A stretch of 64,000 bases of DNA from an uncultured archaeon (GTDB lineage Archaea > Asgardarchaeota > Lokiarchaeia > Sigyniarchaeales > SOKP01), in contig CAYLZE010000005.1 of NCBI GenBank assembly GCA_964388035.1, positions 3,742 through 67,741 on the forward strand, read 5' to 3'. Of the stretch, positions 10,758 through 21,765 are shown in pieces. A program made the translations under genes and the position numbers. The notes under the pieces are model-generated. The model was not told the DNA's origin. It made no database searches and worked only from the letters and a program-made list of their open reading frames with translations. Positions within the stretch are counted from its first letter, which is position 1; every line of letters begins with the position of its first letter.

Positions 10758-11453
10758 ATGGAAGAGTTAAATAACCATTTATTTAGAGCAGAAATTGTAA
10801 ATGCATCTAAAGAAATTTATGACAAGCAACTCGTACAAGCTGGAGAGGGAAACATAAGTATTCGAGTTCCAGGAAAAAATGAAATGTATATTACTCCCAC
10901 GTTTAATAAATATTATAACCTTCGGAAAAATGAGGTTGTTCACATGAAATTTGATGGTACTGTACTTAATGGGGGCAGAAAACCCTCATCGGAATATAGA
11001 TTACATGTTGCGGTTTATGAGGCGAGACCATTGGTAAATGCCGTTATTCACACGCACTCCCCTCATGCCACGATATTATCGGTTGCCCGAAAAAAAATTC
11101 CCGTATTGTTAGAAGAACAAACCATTTTTTTGGGAGGTTTTGTGAATCTTTCAGAATTTAGTCCTGCGCATACAGAAGGATTTAGTAAAAACGTGATTGA
11201 AGCATTGGGTACCAGGAATGGAACCCTAATGGCGAATCACGGGGTTTTGGTTTGCGGGAGAACCATTCAGCATGCCATAAAAATGGCAGAGCTGGTAGAA
11301 AAGTTAGCATGGATTTACCACGGTGCTAGCCAGATGGGAGGGGCGATTTCTATTGGTGAAAGTTCGTGCGCCATGTTTCTTGACGAGTTCGAAAAAAATT
11401 TTGCAACCCATACCCAAAATATCCCAGAATGTGAAGATCCCTTGTCCGATTAG
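10758..11453 (+). CDS. Class II aldolase/adducin (L-fuculose-phosphate aldolase-like)
   Basis: GEGNISIR, PSSEYRLH, HTHS, NHG. Confidence 0.88.
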   Translation: MEELNNHLFRAEIVNASKEIYDKQLVQAGEGNISIRVPGKNEMYITPTFNKYYNLRKNEVVHMKFDGTVLNGGRKPSSEYRLHVAVYEARPLVNAVIHTHSPHATILSVARKKIPVLLEEQTIFLGGFVNLSEFSPAHTEGFSKNVIEALGTRNGTLMANHGVLVCGRTIQHAIKMAELVEKLAWIYHGASQMGGAISIGESSCAMFLDEFEKNFATHTQNIPECEDPLSD

Positions 11454-11483
11454 ATTTTTTATAAATCTTAAATTCATATCATT

Positions 11484-12173
11484 ATGTCAGATGAAAATGA
11501 AATGCTAGATCAGCTTCGCATGGAAGTTGTAGATATAGCCAAGAAAGTCTTTGCCCGAGGTTTAAATGAAAATAATGAGGGAAACGTTAGTGTTCGGGTA
11601 GGTAAAAAAGAGGAAATTTTAATCACCCCGTCTGCAAACATTTATGAAACTTTAACGAAAGATCAAATCGTCCATTTGGATTTTAATGAAAAAGCATTAA
11701 GTTCGGGAAAACTCCCTTCCACGGAGGTAAAACTCCATTTAGCAATATATAAAGCACGTCCTAAAGTACAGAGTGTGATTCATACGCATTCGCAATTTGC
11801 AAGTATTCTTTCAATCGTGCGCAAAAAGATTCCGATTATAATGGAGGAACAAATAATCTACTTAGGAGGCGCTATTGACATATCAGCCTATGGAGAAGCA
11901 CATACCGATGATTTGGGGCAAGTAGCTTTGGAAGCATTGGGTTATAAAAATGGTGCATTATTAGCAAGTCATGGCGCTATTGCATGTGGAAAATCTTCCA
12001 TGAATGCCCTAAAAAATGCGGAGTTGGTAGAAAAATTTGCAAAAGTCTATTGGGGGGCCCTACAAGTAGGAGAACCTCATGAAATAACCGGTAATCTCAG
12101 TAAATTTTATACTATGTTCAAGCAACTTTTCGCTAATTGTCCAAGAGATTTATTAAAGCAATTACCGCTATAA
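11484..12173 (+). CDS. Class II aldolase/adducin, tandem paralog
   Basis: NEGNVSVR, PSTEVKLH, HTHS, SHG. Confidence 0.88.
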   Translation: MSDENEMLDQLRMEVVDIAKKVFARGLNENNEGNVSVRVGKKEEILITPSANIYETLTKDQIVHLDFNEKALSSGKLPSTEVKLHLAIYKARPKVQSVIHTHSQFASILSIVRKKIPIIMEEQIIYLGGAIDISAYGEAHTDDLGQVALEALGYKNGALLASHGAIACGKSSMNALKNAELVEKFAKVYWGALQVGEPHEITGNLSKFYTMFKQLFANCPRDLLKQLPL

Positions 12174-12232
12174 TTTATTTCATTATTTTTTTTCTAGTAG
12201 TGATTTTTAATTATAGTTTCATTTTATAACGC

Positions 12233-12625
12233 ATGCCAATAATTTCACTCCAGATAACTGATGATTTACTCGAGAGATTTGAAACCTTGCGTACATTTTT
12301 GGGATATACTTCAAAAAGCGAAGCGTTAAGGGATGCTATCGTGAATTTTATTGAAAATCGAGAAAAGTTTGATAAATTACACGGGTATAAAATGTTTGCG
12401 GTTCATTTAGTTTATCCCTTCAAGGAATCTCTCATCAATTTAATCTCCGAGCTCTACATGAAATATAAACACATAATTAAGACTACGACCGATTGGAGAA
12501 TTGCAGAAAAAAAGATCGAAATGATTTTAACCGTTGGAGAATTTAGCATCATCAAGGACTTTTATCAAGATATCACGAAAATCAAGGAAATTATAAGTTC
12601 CATTCAAGAAATCGTAATTGATTAA
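12233..12625 (+). CDS. CopG/NikR-family ribbon-helix-helix regulator
   Basis: N-terminal IISLQI..GYTSKSEALRDAI RHH plus NikR-like C-domain; the His metal ligands are not evident. Confidence 0.75.
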   Translation: MPIISLQITDDLLERFETLRTFLGYTSKSEALRDAIVNFIENREKFDKLHGYKMFAVHLVYPFKESLINLISELYMKYKHIIKTTTDWRIAEKKIEMILTVGEFSIIKDFYQDITKIKEIISSIQEIVID

Positions 12626-12648
12626 CTTGACTTTACTTCTTTTTTCCT

Positions 12649-13500
12649 TCAATCAAATCGCAGGGATAAGTCTACTTTTTCCGATGGAAATTGTGTTATA
12701 TGACCCATGCTTATGATGTCGGGTTCACTTTCTAAATATCGCTTTAAGCTTTCCTCATCTATCCCTCCCGACACTTCAATTAAGATTTGATTTCTCACCC
12801 CTCGTTCTTTTAATAGACTGATTGCTTCATTCACCTCGTTAGGAGTCATGTTATCGAGCATGATGATATCTGCTCCATTTTCTACTGCGATGATGACATC
12901 TTCTACTTTTTCTAGTTCAATTTCAATTTTTTTGGTAAAGCTAGCTTTTTTTTTCGTCTCTTCTAAAAGTAGCTTGAGATCTCCTTTATAAATCTTCAAA
13001 TGCCTGTCCTTTAAAAGAATCATATCATCCAAAGAAAACCGATGAGGATCTCCTCCTCCTAATTCCACTGCTCGCTTTTCAAAAATTCTGAGTCCCGGTA
13101 AGGTTTTTCTAGTACAGGCAATCTTTGTTTTTTTTTTAGCCTTTTTGACGATTTCCACATATTTTTTCGTTGTTGAGGTAATCGCACTCATGTGGGTCAT
13201 TAAATTCAATCCCACGCGTTCCCCTAATAATATTGCATTTGCCGGACCTTTCAAAACGGAAATGATATCTCCTTTTGAAATCTTCTCTCCATCTTTCTTT
13301 TTTCCTTCGATTTCTACTCCTAACAAATTGTAGAGGATTTGAAGTTCCACAAGACCAGAAATATAGCCTGAACTTTTTGCTATTATAAGTGCACTTTTAA
13401 TAACTTCTTCTGGAAGCCCGATGGAAGTAATGTCCTTAAAATTACAGTCTTCCATTAGAAACTCCTTTATTTTCTTTTCCATTACGATTCGATTATACAT
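12649..13500 (-). CDS. nadC: Nicotinate-nucleotide pyrophosphorylase (carboxylating)
   Basis: TRKTLPGLR, HRFSLDDMILLKD, IMLDNM, EVSGGI. Confidence 0.93.
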   Translation of the reverse strand: MYNRIVMEKKIKEFLMEDCNFKDITSIGLPEEVIKSALIIAKSSGYISGLVELQILYNLLGVEIEGKKKDGEKISKGDIISVLKGPANAILLGERVGLNLMTHMSAITSTTKKYVEIVKKAKKKTKIACTRKTLPGLRIFEKRAVELGGGDPHRFSLDDMILLKDRHLKIYKGDLKLLLEETKKKASFTKKIEIELEKVEDVIIAVENGADIIMLDNMTPNEVNEAISLLKERGVRNQILIEVSGGIDEESLKRYLESEPDIISMGHITQFPSEKVDLSLRFD

Positions 13501-13564
13501 GCTAAGACATGAAAGATTATAAAGATAGTATTATTTTAAATAAGTCCGACATTTAAATAAAATT

Positions 13565-14197
13565 ATGGTCATGTCTGAAATGATATTAATCGATAATCGG
13601 AACATAAAATTAGAAGCAGAATGGTTCGAATCCGAGGATGTTTCCCTTCCTACTGCATTAATCGCCCATCCTCATCCCCAGTTTGGAGGAAACATGCATA
13701 ATAACGTGGTTAGCGCAATTTTTAACAAGTTTATTAAAGAGGGTATATCTTGTCTTAGATTTAACTTTCGAGGAGTGGGAAATTCCACGGAAGCACATTC
13801 TAATGGGAAAGGAGAGCTGGAAGATGTCAAAGCTTGCATCGACTTTTTGATAAAGAATAAAGGAAAAGAAAAAATAGGTATTATAGGATATTCCTATGGG
13901 GCTGCGATTGCTTGCTCTGTAGTTAACTATTCAGCTTCAATCGTGGGTTTTGTTGCAATTTCCTTTCCATGGGACTTTATGGGAGAAGAATACAAGCAAT
14001 CATCCAAGACTTCCAAGCCAAAATTCTTCATTCAAGGAAATCAAGACACTGTTGCATCTTTTAATAAATTTTTCTCTCATTATGCTGAATACTCAGAACC
14101 CAAACAACATGCCATTATTGAAGGTGCAGATCATTTTTATTGGGGGCATGAGAATGCTCTTTCAGAAATTGCATTGAAATTCTTTAAGTCCTTATGA
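13565..14197 (+). CDS. Alpha/beta hydrolase
   Basis: HPHPQFGGNMHN, RFNFRGVG, GYSYG nucleophile elbow, GADHF. Confidence 0.88.
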   Translation: MVMSEMILIDNRNIKLEAEWFESEDVSLPTALIAHPHPQFGGNMHNNVVSAIFNKFIKEGISCLRFNFRGVGNSTEAHSNGKGELEDVKACIDFLIKNKGKEKIGIIGYSYGAAIACSVVNYSASIVGFVAISFPWDFMGEEYKQSSKTSKPKFFIQGNQDTVASFNKFFSHYAEYSEPKQHAIIEGADHFYWGHENALSEIALKFFKSL

Positions 14198-15235
14198 AGG
14201 TATCTTTAATAAGACTTTTCCAAATTGGTTTGCTTCACTTAGATGGCGTTCTGATTCGATGACTTTGTCTAATGGAAAAATCTTATCAATCAAGGGATCG
14301 AGAGTGCCGTTGAAAACTAATGTCATGACCTCTCGAAATTCTTGTTGATTAGACATAGTAGAACCCACTATTTTAAGTTGCTTCCAAAACAAATATCTCA
14401 AATCCATTTCTGTATTTGGTCCCGTCGTAGCACCACATACAATTAAGCGACCACCCGCCTTCAGCAATCTAACGCTCTCTTTAAAGGTAGCTTGTCCCAC
14501 GCTATCAATCACGATATCAACACCTTTGCGATTTGTGAATTCCGCATAGACTTTCTTTCCATAATCAGGTGTTTCTTTATAGTTAATAACTTCATCCGCA
14601 CCTATCTTTTTTGCTTTCTCCACTTTTTCGGGACTACTAGTAGTAGTAATTACTTTTGCTTTAAAGTACTTAGCAATTTGAATGCTTGCAGAAGAAACAC
14701 CCCCGCTTGCCCCATGGATGAATACGGTCTCATTTACCTTTATTTTCGCTTGAGTCACTAACATTCTCCATGCGGTTAAAAAAGTCAAAGGAGCTGCTGC
14801 TGCTTTATCTAAAGGATAACTTTTTGGAACTTTAATGACATTTATTTCCGGCATTTTTAAATATTCTGCAAATGATCCCCACTGATTCTCTCCTAATATG
14901 GAAAAATGCTCGCAAAAATTTTGTCTCCCGGATAAGCAAGCCAAGCACTTACCGCAACTAATTCCTGGGTTGAAGGTAACTCGATCACCTTCATTTAATG
15001 TAGTTACAGCAGATCCCACTTTCTCAATTATGCCGCTTCCATCACTTCCTATCACGTGAGGGAGGGATAATTTCAGTCCCGGCCATCCCTTTACAATGAA
15101 AAGATCAATATGATTTAGGGCGGCGTATTCAAGTTTAATCAATACCTCATTAGGTCCAATTTTAGGTTTTTCTTCTATAGAGCCCACCTGAAGTTGGTTA
15201 AGATCTCCGTGATTATTAATAAAAGCTGCTTTCAT
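14192..15235 (-). CDS. Zinc-binding dehydrogenase (MDR family)
   Basis: Structural Zn CGKCLAC..C, GASGGV, FGKVLL. Confidence 0.88.
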   Translation of the reverse strand: MKAAFINNHGDLNQLQVGSIEEKPKIGPNEVLIKLEYAALNHIDLFIVKGWPGLKLSLPHVIGSDGSGIIEKVGSAVTTLNEGDRVTFNPGISCGKCLACLSGRQNFCEHFSILGENQWGSFAEYLKMPEINVIKVPKSYPLDKAAAAPLTFLTAWRMLVTQAKIKVNETVFIHGASGGVSSASIQIAKYFKAKVITTTSSPEKVEKAKKIGADEVINYKETPDYGKKVYAEFTNRKGVDIVIDSVGQATFKESVRLLKAGGRLIVCGATTGPNTEMDLRYLFWKQLKIVGSTMSNQQEFREVMTLVFNGTLDPLIDKIFPLDKVIESERHLSEANQFGKVLLKIPS

Positions 15236-15481
15236 ACAATTTTTGATTTTAATCCCACATTTAAATTTTATATTTAAGAATTATAATTCCTTATCATAAT
15301 GTGATGGAGAAAAAAACACTTCCTTGAAAGGATAGTATAATTGGGCACACTCGAGCACGATTTTAGAAAAAATGAAGGAATATGCCTTTCTTTATAAAAA
15401 GAGAAAAGATAAAATGAGAATATTAGATATTAATATACATTCTTTGAAGCATTTCTTTTAAAAATAAAATGCTTTTTAGGA

Positions 15482-15874
15482 TCAAATACTAGTTAACTTG
15501 CGCAAATCTGGTATACTATTTTCCACTGCCCAATCGAGTAACTGGTCATAATAACGTTCTATATCTTGTGATTCGGGCGGATTTCCGAATACAGCTAATA
15601 AGAATTGTGTTTCACCTAGAGTTATATTACTACAAACTATGTAATCACTCTGATATCGTAGCTTTAAATTTTGGAAAGTAGAAAGACTCATTTCTTCTGC
15701 AGCTTTATAAGCAGCATCGCTTAATAAAGAAACCATTGCAGCAACTATTGCTTCATCAACTTTTTCACTCTTTTGGGAAGCTAAAACTAAGCCCGTTGAA
15801 GTCGCAAATAAGGATAATTTGAAATTACCGTTTTCGTTCAATTCTTTGAGGACTAATTCTAATTTCGAAACCAT
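15482..15874 (-). CDS. Roadblock/LC7 domain protein
   Basis: ATSTGLVLAS..AIVAAMVSLLSDAAYKAAEEM roadblock pattern. Confidence 0.75.
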   Translation of the reverse strand: MVSKLELVLKELNENGNFKLSLFATSTGLVLASQKSEKVDEAIVAAMVSLLSDAAYKAAEEMSLSTFQNLKLRYQSDYIVCSNITLGETQFLLAVFGNPPESQDIERYYDQLLDWAVENSIPDLRKLTSI

Positions 15875-15945
15875 GAACCATCACCAAAAAAAATAACTCG
15901 TATGATAATAATAAACTAAGTACTATTTATTTTTTTCTTACAAGA

Positions 15946-16476
15946 TTAATTAATTTTGGTTTTCAAAGTAACAATATAAGTGGAAAGAATATCTTCTTCA
16001 TCGATATTTAAAATTAATACCGTCGGTCTTGCTGCCAGTTTCATAAAACCTTTCTTCTGTGGTGGGGTGGAAGGGCTAGTGGGACTACCAGGATTTAAAA
16101 TCAGGGTTTCATATTTCGTTGTTTTGATCAGAGGGTAATGAGAATGTCCGTGAATGAGGATATTCAACTTCTCTTGCTCAAAAAAAGTTTTCATATCCTG
16201 AGGAGGCTCGTGGATCACACCAACATGATATGCTCCAATCTTAAATTTTATAAATTTTTCCAAGTTCGGGATCCTATCATTTTTACTCTTTACAGCCCTC
16301 GTGAGAGCGATTTTTTCTAATTCCATTAAAAACCATTCTTCATATATGTCCCCGGCATGGATTATCTCGTCTACATCGATAAATATCTTATTTAAGTGTG
16401 TCATTAATCCAGAATAATCACTCTTATTATCTTCTTTTTTATAATGCGTATCAGAAATGATACCTAATTTTACCAT
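15946..16476 (-). CDS. YfcE-family phosphodiesterase
   Basis: ISDTH, HAGD, HGHSH, NPGS. Confidence 0.85.
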   Translation of the reverse strand: MVKLGIISDTHYKKEDNKSDYSGLMTHLNKIFIDVDEIIHAGDIYEEWFLMELEKIALTRAVKSKNDRIPNLEKFIKFKIGAYHVGVIHEPPQDMKTFFEQEKLNILIHGHSHYPLIKTTKYETLILNPGSPTSPSTPPQKKGFMKLAARPTVLILNIDEEDILSTYIVTLKTKIN

Positions 16477-16493
16477 TAACTTTCCCCATCATT

Positions 16494-17540
16494 TTAAAGG
16501 ATGAGATTTAAACCAAAAATGATTAAGGCCAAGATAATATCTAATAAGATTTTTATGAATAAATTACTACGTGTTGCTCCTATTGTCCTATCCACATAAA
16601 AATAGGGTATAAATTCTTTGTAAAGAGATTGTAAATAGGATTTAATTTTCTTAAACTGAAAGAGTATTAACAAGATACTTACAGACAACAGGGGGGCGTA
16701 CATGAGGAGTGCCACGACCTCAAAACTATTTCCTTGAAAATAATTCCATAACGCATGGGCGGAAATGATATTGTTACAGGCATGGGCAAAAATAAGGGGA
16801 AAAATCCAACCTTTTTTACAAATGTATGCAGAAAGAATGATGCCTATTGCGGTGGCTTGAATAAACCAGATAATTGGATACCAGGCGGGAAATTCCCTGC
16901 TAATTGGGCTAAGATAATAAGCAAAATGCCCAAAACCAAAAGATAAAGCAGAAATCATTATCGCGGATGTTTTTTTCACATGATCGGCACCTCTTGCCGT
17001 TATAAAACCTCTATTAAAAGCTTCCTCATATAGTGCCACCGAAATCTGAATGATGATTACCGAGAAAAGGAAGGAAAGATAATTATTTGAAAGGAGATAG
17101 ATATCCGTTGTATTGGAACTCAAAACCCGGCCAACATATTCTGTCATTTGAGGTAAAACCAGGTAGGTAAAAAAATCTAAAGGGATGAACATAAGGAATA
17201 ATAATAGAATTCCATGATATAATTGTTGGGGATAATTTTTATGTGAAATAAGGAATAATTCCCCGAATTTCTTATAAGGGGGAATTTCCATTGGCTTTTT
17301 TGACTCAACTAATAGTTGAGAGAAAAAAAGGGCTAAAGGAATGCTAATAATTAATAAAATAGCGCGGAAAAGATAAAAAGAGATTCCATAATATAATGAA
17401 TCTATAGATATAAAAAGTGGAATCACGAAATAAGGAATTAAGCTAAGAAGAAAAGCAACAATAAATACAATAAATACCTCGATGAAAAAACTCAATCTTG
17501 TGGAGAGCATTTCCTTGGTATTTAGCTTTTTGGTAGACAT
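16494..17540 (-). CDS. CPBP/Abi-family intramembrane glutamic protease
   Basis: EEAFNRG, FGFGH, HACNN motifs; multi-TM. Confidence 0.85.
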   Translation of the reverse strand: MSTKKLNTKEMLSTRLSFFIEVFIVFIVAFLLSLIPYFVIPLFISIDSLYYGISFYLFRAILLIISIPLALFFSQLLVESKKPMEIPPYKKFGELFLISHKNYPQQLYHGILLLFLMFIPLDFFTYLVLPQMTEYVGRVLSSNTTDIYLLSNNYLSFLFSVIIIQISVALYEEAFNRGFITARGADHVKKTSAIMISALSFGFGHFAYYLSPISREFPAWYPIIWFIQATAIGIILSAYICKKGWIFPLIFAHACNNIISAHALWNYFQGNSFEVVALLMYAPLLSVSILLILFQFKKIKSYLQSLYKEFIPYFYVDRTIGATRSNLFIKILLDIILALIIFGLNLIL

Positions 17541-17615
17541 GGTTAGAGTTCTGCGGTTTTAATTATTATAATTAACAACGCATATTTTAAAAAGTTATAA
17601 GATCTGGAATTTTTC

Positions 17616-18566
17616 TTATAACTCTGAGAGATCTAAATCCCTTTCAAAAGGCAGCCCATTACGCGCTCCGACCTCTTGAATGCATTTTGATGCTACCAAA
17701 TTCCCAAGGGTTACACACTTCAAAATGAAGTCAAAACTGAAATTCGGTTCTTTACAGAAGTAATAAATAAATCCCGCAGAGAATGCATCTCCCGCTCCCG
17801 TTGTATCTACCACTTTAGCAACTTTAAAAGCAGGAATCAACTTGACCATGGCATGATTTATCACGCAAGCTCCTTTTTCTCCCATAGTAATAATGACATT
17901 ACGAATACCCAACGATAATAATGGCTCTACCTGGCTTTTTAATTCAGATTCCGTAAACTCTTGGATTTCTGCTTGTAATAAAGTTTTAAACTCTCTGAAT
18001 GAAAAAATTAAAATATCGATCTTTTCCAATAGCTTCTTGATATTGGTAAATCCTTGCTCAATGATCAACATTCCTGGATTCAATATCACCGGGATACTAC
18101 GTTTTTTTCCTATCGTTGCAGCAGCAATGAAGGGTTCAATGTTTTTTAAACTACTTAGATACAAGATTTTTGATGTAATTAATTCCTTTTCCACCATGTC
18201 ACTTGCTGAAAGTAGATTTGCAGCTCCACTATGGGCATAAATTCTTCTATCTCCCGCCTTCCCTAAGGCAATATAGGCTGACCCCGTTCCAACTTCTTGA
18301 GAGTACTTTATAAATTCAATATTTACCTTAGATTCTTTAAAATCATCTAATATCCTTTTACTGAAAGTATCGTTCCACCCAATTTTCCCGGCAAAAGCCG
18401 TTTTTAATCCTAATTTAGCACATGCGACCGCCGTGTTTGCTGCAGCACCTCCTGAAAAAAGTTTTAAATCCGATACAAATACTTCATCATCTTCGCCTGG
18501 ATGGCGCTCTACATGAGCTACCATATCAATTAAAGCCGCACCTATAGAAATCACATCAAATTGCAT
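17616..18566 (-). CDS. PfkB-family carbohydrate kinase (ribokinase/adenosine kinase-like)
   Basis: GGAAANTA, DTTGAGDAF; start placed at MQFDVIS (ATG 18566), which avoids overlap with purM. Confidence 0.88.
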   Translation of the reverse strand: MQFDVISIGAALIDMVAHVERHPGEDDEVFVSDLKLFSGGAAANTAVACAKLGLKTAFAGKIGWNDTFSKRILDDFKESKVNIEFIKYSQEVGTGSAYIALGKAGDRRIYAHSGAANLLSASDMVEKELITSKILYLSSLKNIEPFIAAATIGKKRSIPVILNPGMLIIEQGFTNIKKLLEKIDILIFSFREFKTLLQAEIQEFTESELKSQVEPLLSLGIRNVIITMGEKGACVINHAMVKLIPAFKVAKVVDTTGAGDAFSAGFIYYFCKEPNFSFDFILKCVTLGNLVASKCIQEVGARNGLPFERDLDLSEL

Positions 18567-18579
18567 TGTTTTCCCACCA

Positions 18580-19773
18580 TTAATGTATTTTTTCATAATT
18601 AAAAGTATCAAATTCAGTACTTAACTGAAGTGAATTTCTTTTTCCTTGCTCTCCCTTTTCACAATGTCCAATTATTTTTGTTTCAATGTTGAATTTCTTG
18701 GCTATTGCTTTTATCTCGCTCGTTATCGATTCATCACATATGATCTCCATTCTGTGACCCATATTGAATATCTGATACATTTCCTTCCATGGCGTTTTGG
18801 ATGATTCTTGAATGATCTCGAATATTGTTGGAATCTTGAACATGTTATTTTTGATAAATTTAATACCCTTTCCAAAATTTAAAAGTTTAGTTTGACCCCC
18901 TCCTGTGGCGTGGATAATTGCATGAATTTGTGATCTGAAATGCTTTAAGACATCTCGGAGTAATGGAGCGTAAGATCGAGTAGGAGAGAGTAAGGCTTCT
19001 CCCATGGTAAGATTTAGTTTATTGATTTTATCCGTTAACTTCCATTTCCCAAAAAACGATAAATTATCTTCTCTATTTTGATCATAACATTCGGGATATT
19101 TATCATAATAGTCGTGAGACAGGGTACCGTGACGTGCTAAAGTAAGTCCATTACTCCCGATTCCACTATTAAAGGATTCCTCATAAGATGCTTTCCCCTC
19201 GCTTGCCAATCCAATTATCACATCAGAGGGTTGTATTTGGGTGGTATCAATTACCTCATTTTTTTTCATGGTGGCAAACACTGATGCATCTACAACTAAC
19301 GTTTTGACCAAATCAGGAAGATCGGCAGTCTCACCACCGCAAAAAGTGATATCTATTCCCAGAGAGGTCAATCGTTTGCAAAATTCCTCATATTCTTTTA
19401 TAATTACAGATATAATTTTGCCAGAAATAAACCTACTATTTCTTCCCAAAGTATTGGACAAATATAAGCCATCCAATGCCCCCACGCAGATAATATCATC
19501 AATATTCATGACACTAGCATCTTGGGCCAATCCTTTAAAAACAGAAACATTTCCCGTTTCCTTATAATACATGTAAGCCAAACTCGCTTTTGTTCCCGCC
19601 CCATCGGAGTGGAAAATGGAACAATAATCGTTTCTATTTGCCACGTCCTTGACTATTTTGCAAAAAGCTTCGGGAAATAAGCCTTTATCCAATTGTCTTA
19701 TTGCATCATGCACGTCTTCTTTTTGCGATGATACTCCTAATCTAGAATAAAGGCTCTTTTCATTTTCTTTCAT
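18580..19773 (-). CDS. purM: Phosphoribosylformylglycinamidine cyclo-ligase (AIR synthase)
   Basis: DGAGTK, GGETADLP, GIGSNGLTLARH, LLSPTR, FNMGHRME; adjacent to purB. Confidence 0.9.
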   Translation of the reverse strand: MKENEKSLYSRLGVSSQKEDVHDAIRQLDKGLFPEAFCKIVKDVANRNDYCSIFHSDGAGTKASLAYMYYKETGNVSVFKGLAQDASVMNIDDIICVGALDGLYLSNTLGRNSRFISGKIISVIIKEYEEFCKRLTSLGIDITFCGGETADLPDLVKTLVVDASVFATMKKNEVIDTTQIQPSDVIIGLASEGKASYEESFNSGIGSNGLTLARHGTLSHDYYDKYPECYDQNREDNLSFFGKWKLTDKINKLNLTMGEALLSPTRSYAPLLRDVLKHFRSQIHAIIHATGGGQTKLLNFGKGIKFIKNNMFKIPTIFEIIQESSKTPWKEMYQIFNMGHRMEIICDESITSEIKAIAKKFNIETKIIGHCEKGEQGKRNSLQLSTEFDTFNYEKIH

Positions 19774-19781
19774 TATATAAT

Positions 19782-21140
19782 TTATAGCATGTATTTCTTT
19801 TTTAAATATGAATGTAAATTCTCAACTTGGGAAATAGCCGTACCTATATATTGGTGAGGATCAAAAAGTGCTTCTAATTCTTCGGGTTTATATTTTTGTT
19901 TAATTATCTCATTTTCATACAATATCTCCTTCATGTATCTATCTTCCTCGCGAGCTTGAATGGCTGTTTTTCTTAAAAGTTCATGAGCTTCTTGTCTCCC
20001 AATCCCTTTTTCGACCAAGGAAATCATCACGCGTTCGGCTAAAATGGCACCTTTAGTGAGATTAAGATTTTTTTCAATGTTACTTTTATTTAATTCGATA
20101 TTCTTGAAATTATTCTTCAATTCATTAATCATGAAATCCAGGAATATGAAATTTTCCGCAAAAATCACCCGTTCAGATGCAGAATTGGTGAGATCTCTTT
20201 CATCCTCCAAGATGATGTTATCTAAAGCAACGATCACGTTAGATTTAAGAAGTCTCGCTAAACTACAGACTCTTTCAGACTTGTGAGGATTTCTCTTATG
20301 AGGCATGGTAGAACTTCCTACTTGATCCTTTGCAAAGGACTCGAACATCTCCCCAATTTCATTTCTTTGTAGGATTCGATTTTCTCGAGCAATCTTGGAC
20401 AGGGTTTGAGCAATTAAAGCCGTCAAGCATATGACTTCCGCATGGCGATCTCTTTGAACAATTTGATTGGCGATTAATACGGGATTTAGGTTCAAGATAT
20501 TCATTACGAGATCTTGAACTTTGCTTCCTTCTTCCCCAAAACTGGCCATGGTGCCCACCGCGCCAGACATCTTGCCATAGGAGACACGTTGAATGGTTTC
20601 TTCTATTCTTTCTACATGACGATCTAATTCATAAGCCCATACTCCAAATCTCATGCCATAAGTTGTCGGAATTGCGTGTTGCCCATGAGTCCTTCCAATA
20701 CATACGAGATTCTTATGTTCCATCATCAAATCCATTAAGATAGAGATGAAAACAATGATATTATCCTTTATTTGCGATAATGCGTCTCTTATTATCAGAG
20801 CAAGGGCAGTATCTTCAATATCATAGCTGGTTGCTCCTAAATGCACGTATTTAGCTGCATCTCCTTGACATTGTTCTGTTAGGGCTTTAACCATCGCCAT
20901 GAGATCGTGATGAATTTGACTATCAATTTCCTTTACCCTTTCGAGTTTCACATGCTTCAATGTTGCTTTCTCCTTTATTTCCCTTGCTGCTTGTTCGGGA
21001 ATTTGTCCTAGAGTTGCATGAGCAGTTGCTAGTGCTGCTTCTACTTTTAACCATTTTTCCAGCTTGTGGCTTTCCGTAAACAATTCAGCTATTTTAGTCC
21101 TATATCTCGTCTCGATAGGATGAATAAATTCATGTGACAT
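19782..21140 (-). CDS. purB: Adenylosuccinate lyase
   Basis: HLGATSYD, GRTHGQHA, GSSTMPHKRNP signature. Confidence 0.95.
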   Translation of the reverse strand: MSHEFIHPIETRYRTKIAELFTESHKLEKWLKVEAALATAHATLGQIPEQAAREIKEKATLKHVKLERVKEIDSQIHHDLMAMVKALTEQCQGDAAKYVHLGATSYDIEDTALALIIRDALSQIKDNIIVFISILMDLMMEHKNLVCIGRTHGQHAIPTTYGMRFGVWAYELDRHVERIEETIQRVSYGKMSGAVGTMASFGEEGSKVQDLVMNILNLNPVLIANQIVQRDRHAEVICLTALIAQTLSKIARENRILQRNEIGEMFESFAKDQVGSSTMPHKRNPHKSERVCSLARLLKSNVIVALDNIILEDERDLTNSASERVIFAENFIFLDFMINELKNNFKNIELNKSNIEKNLNLTKGAILAERVMISLVEKGIGRQEAHELLRKTAIQAREEDRYMKEILYENEIIKQKYKPEELEALFDPHQYIGTAISQVENLHSYLKKKYML

Positions 21141-21385
21141 TTTTCGGATTACTTTCTAACGTGTAGTTTCCTAATAAAAGATAAAGGTAAAAACGTTATT
21201 ATATTTTTTATTTACGAGTTATTATCAATTCAACATGAAGGGTCGAATTCCCAAGGCCATAAATTAGAAATTTTGAGGTCTCAATATGATTTTATTCCAA
21301 AAGATATTCATAAATTAAGGAGCCCTTAAGAATGGCTCTTATTCAGTAGTTAAATAAATGTTATATCAAAATATAGAAGGATCAC

Positions 21386-21619
21386 ATGAAATCAATATAT
21401 TATTTTTATAAATGTTACCATTGCGGAAGTTGGTTTTATTCCAAGGGTAGAATAAAACAAAAAAAATGCTTTTTCTGCAATAAAACGTTTCAATTTACCA
21501 AGTCCACTAAATTTTCCAAAACGTGTTCTCCCCAAGAAGCCATCGCTATTCTTAAAAAGCTTAAAGAAAAGGAAATGGATAAAGATATATCAAAATTTAA
21601 AAATGTAAATTATCTATAA
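21386..21619 (+). CDS. Small Zn-ribbon protein (DUF1922-like)
   Basis: CYHC...CFFC. Confidence 0.65.
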   Translation: MKSIYYFYKCYHCGSWFYSKGRIKQKKCFFCNKTFQFTKSTKFSKTCSPQEAIAILKKLKEKEMDKDISKFKNVNYL

Positions 21620-21765
21620 AGAGTAATAAGTAATAGATTAAAAAACAAAACTATTTATTGGAGTTTTCAAAAATTATTTTTAAGAGAACAAGAATTTTCA
21701 TTCTTTTTTCTTTTTATAAAGAATTTGAAATAATTTATTATTGCGAAATTTCCGTGAAATAGCAA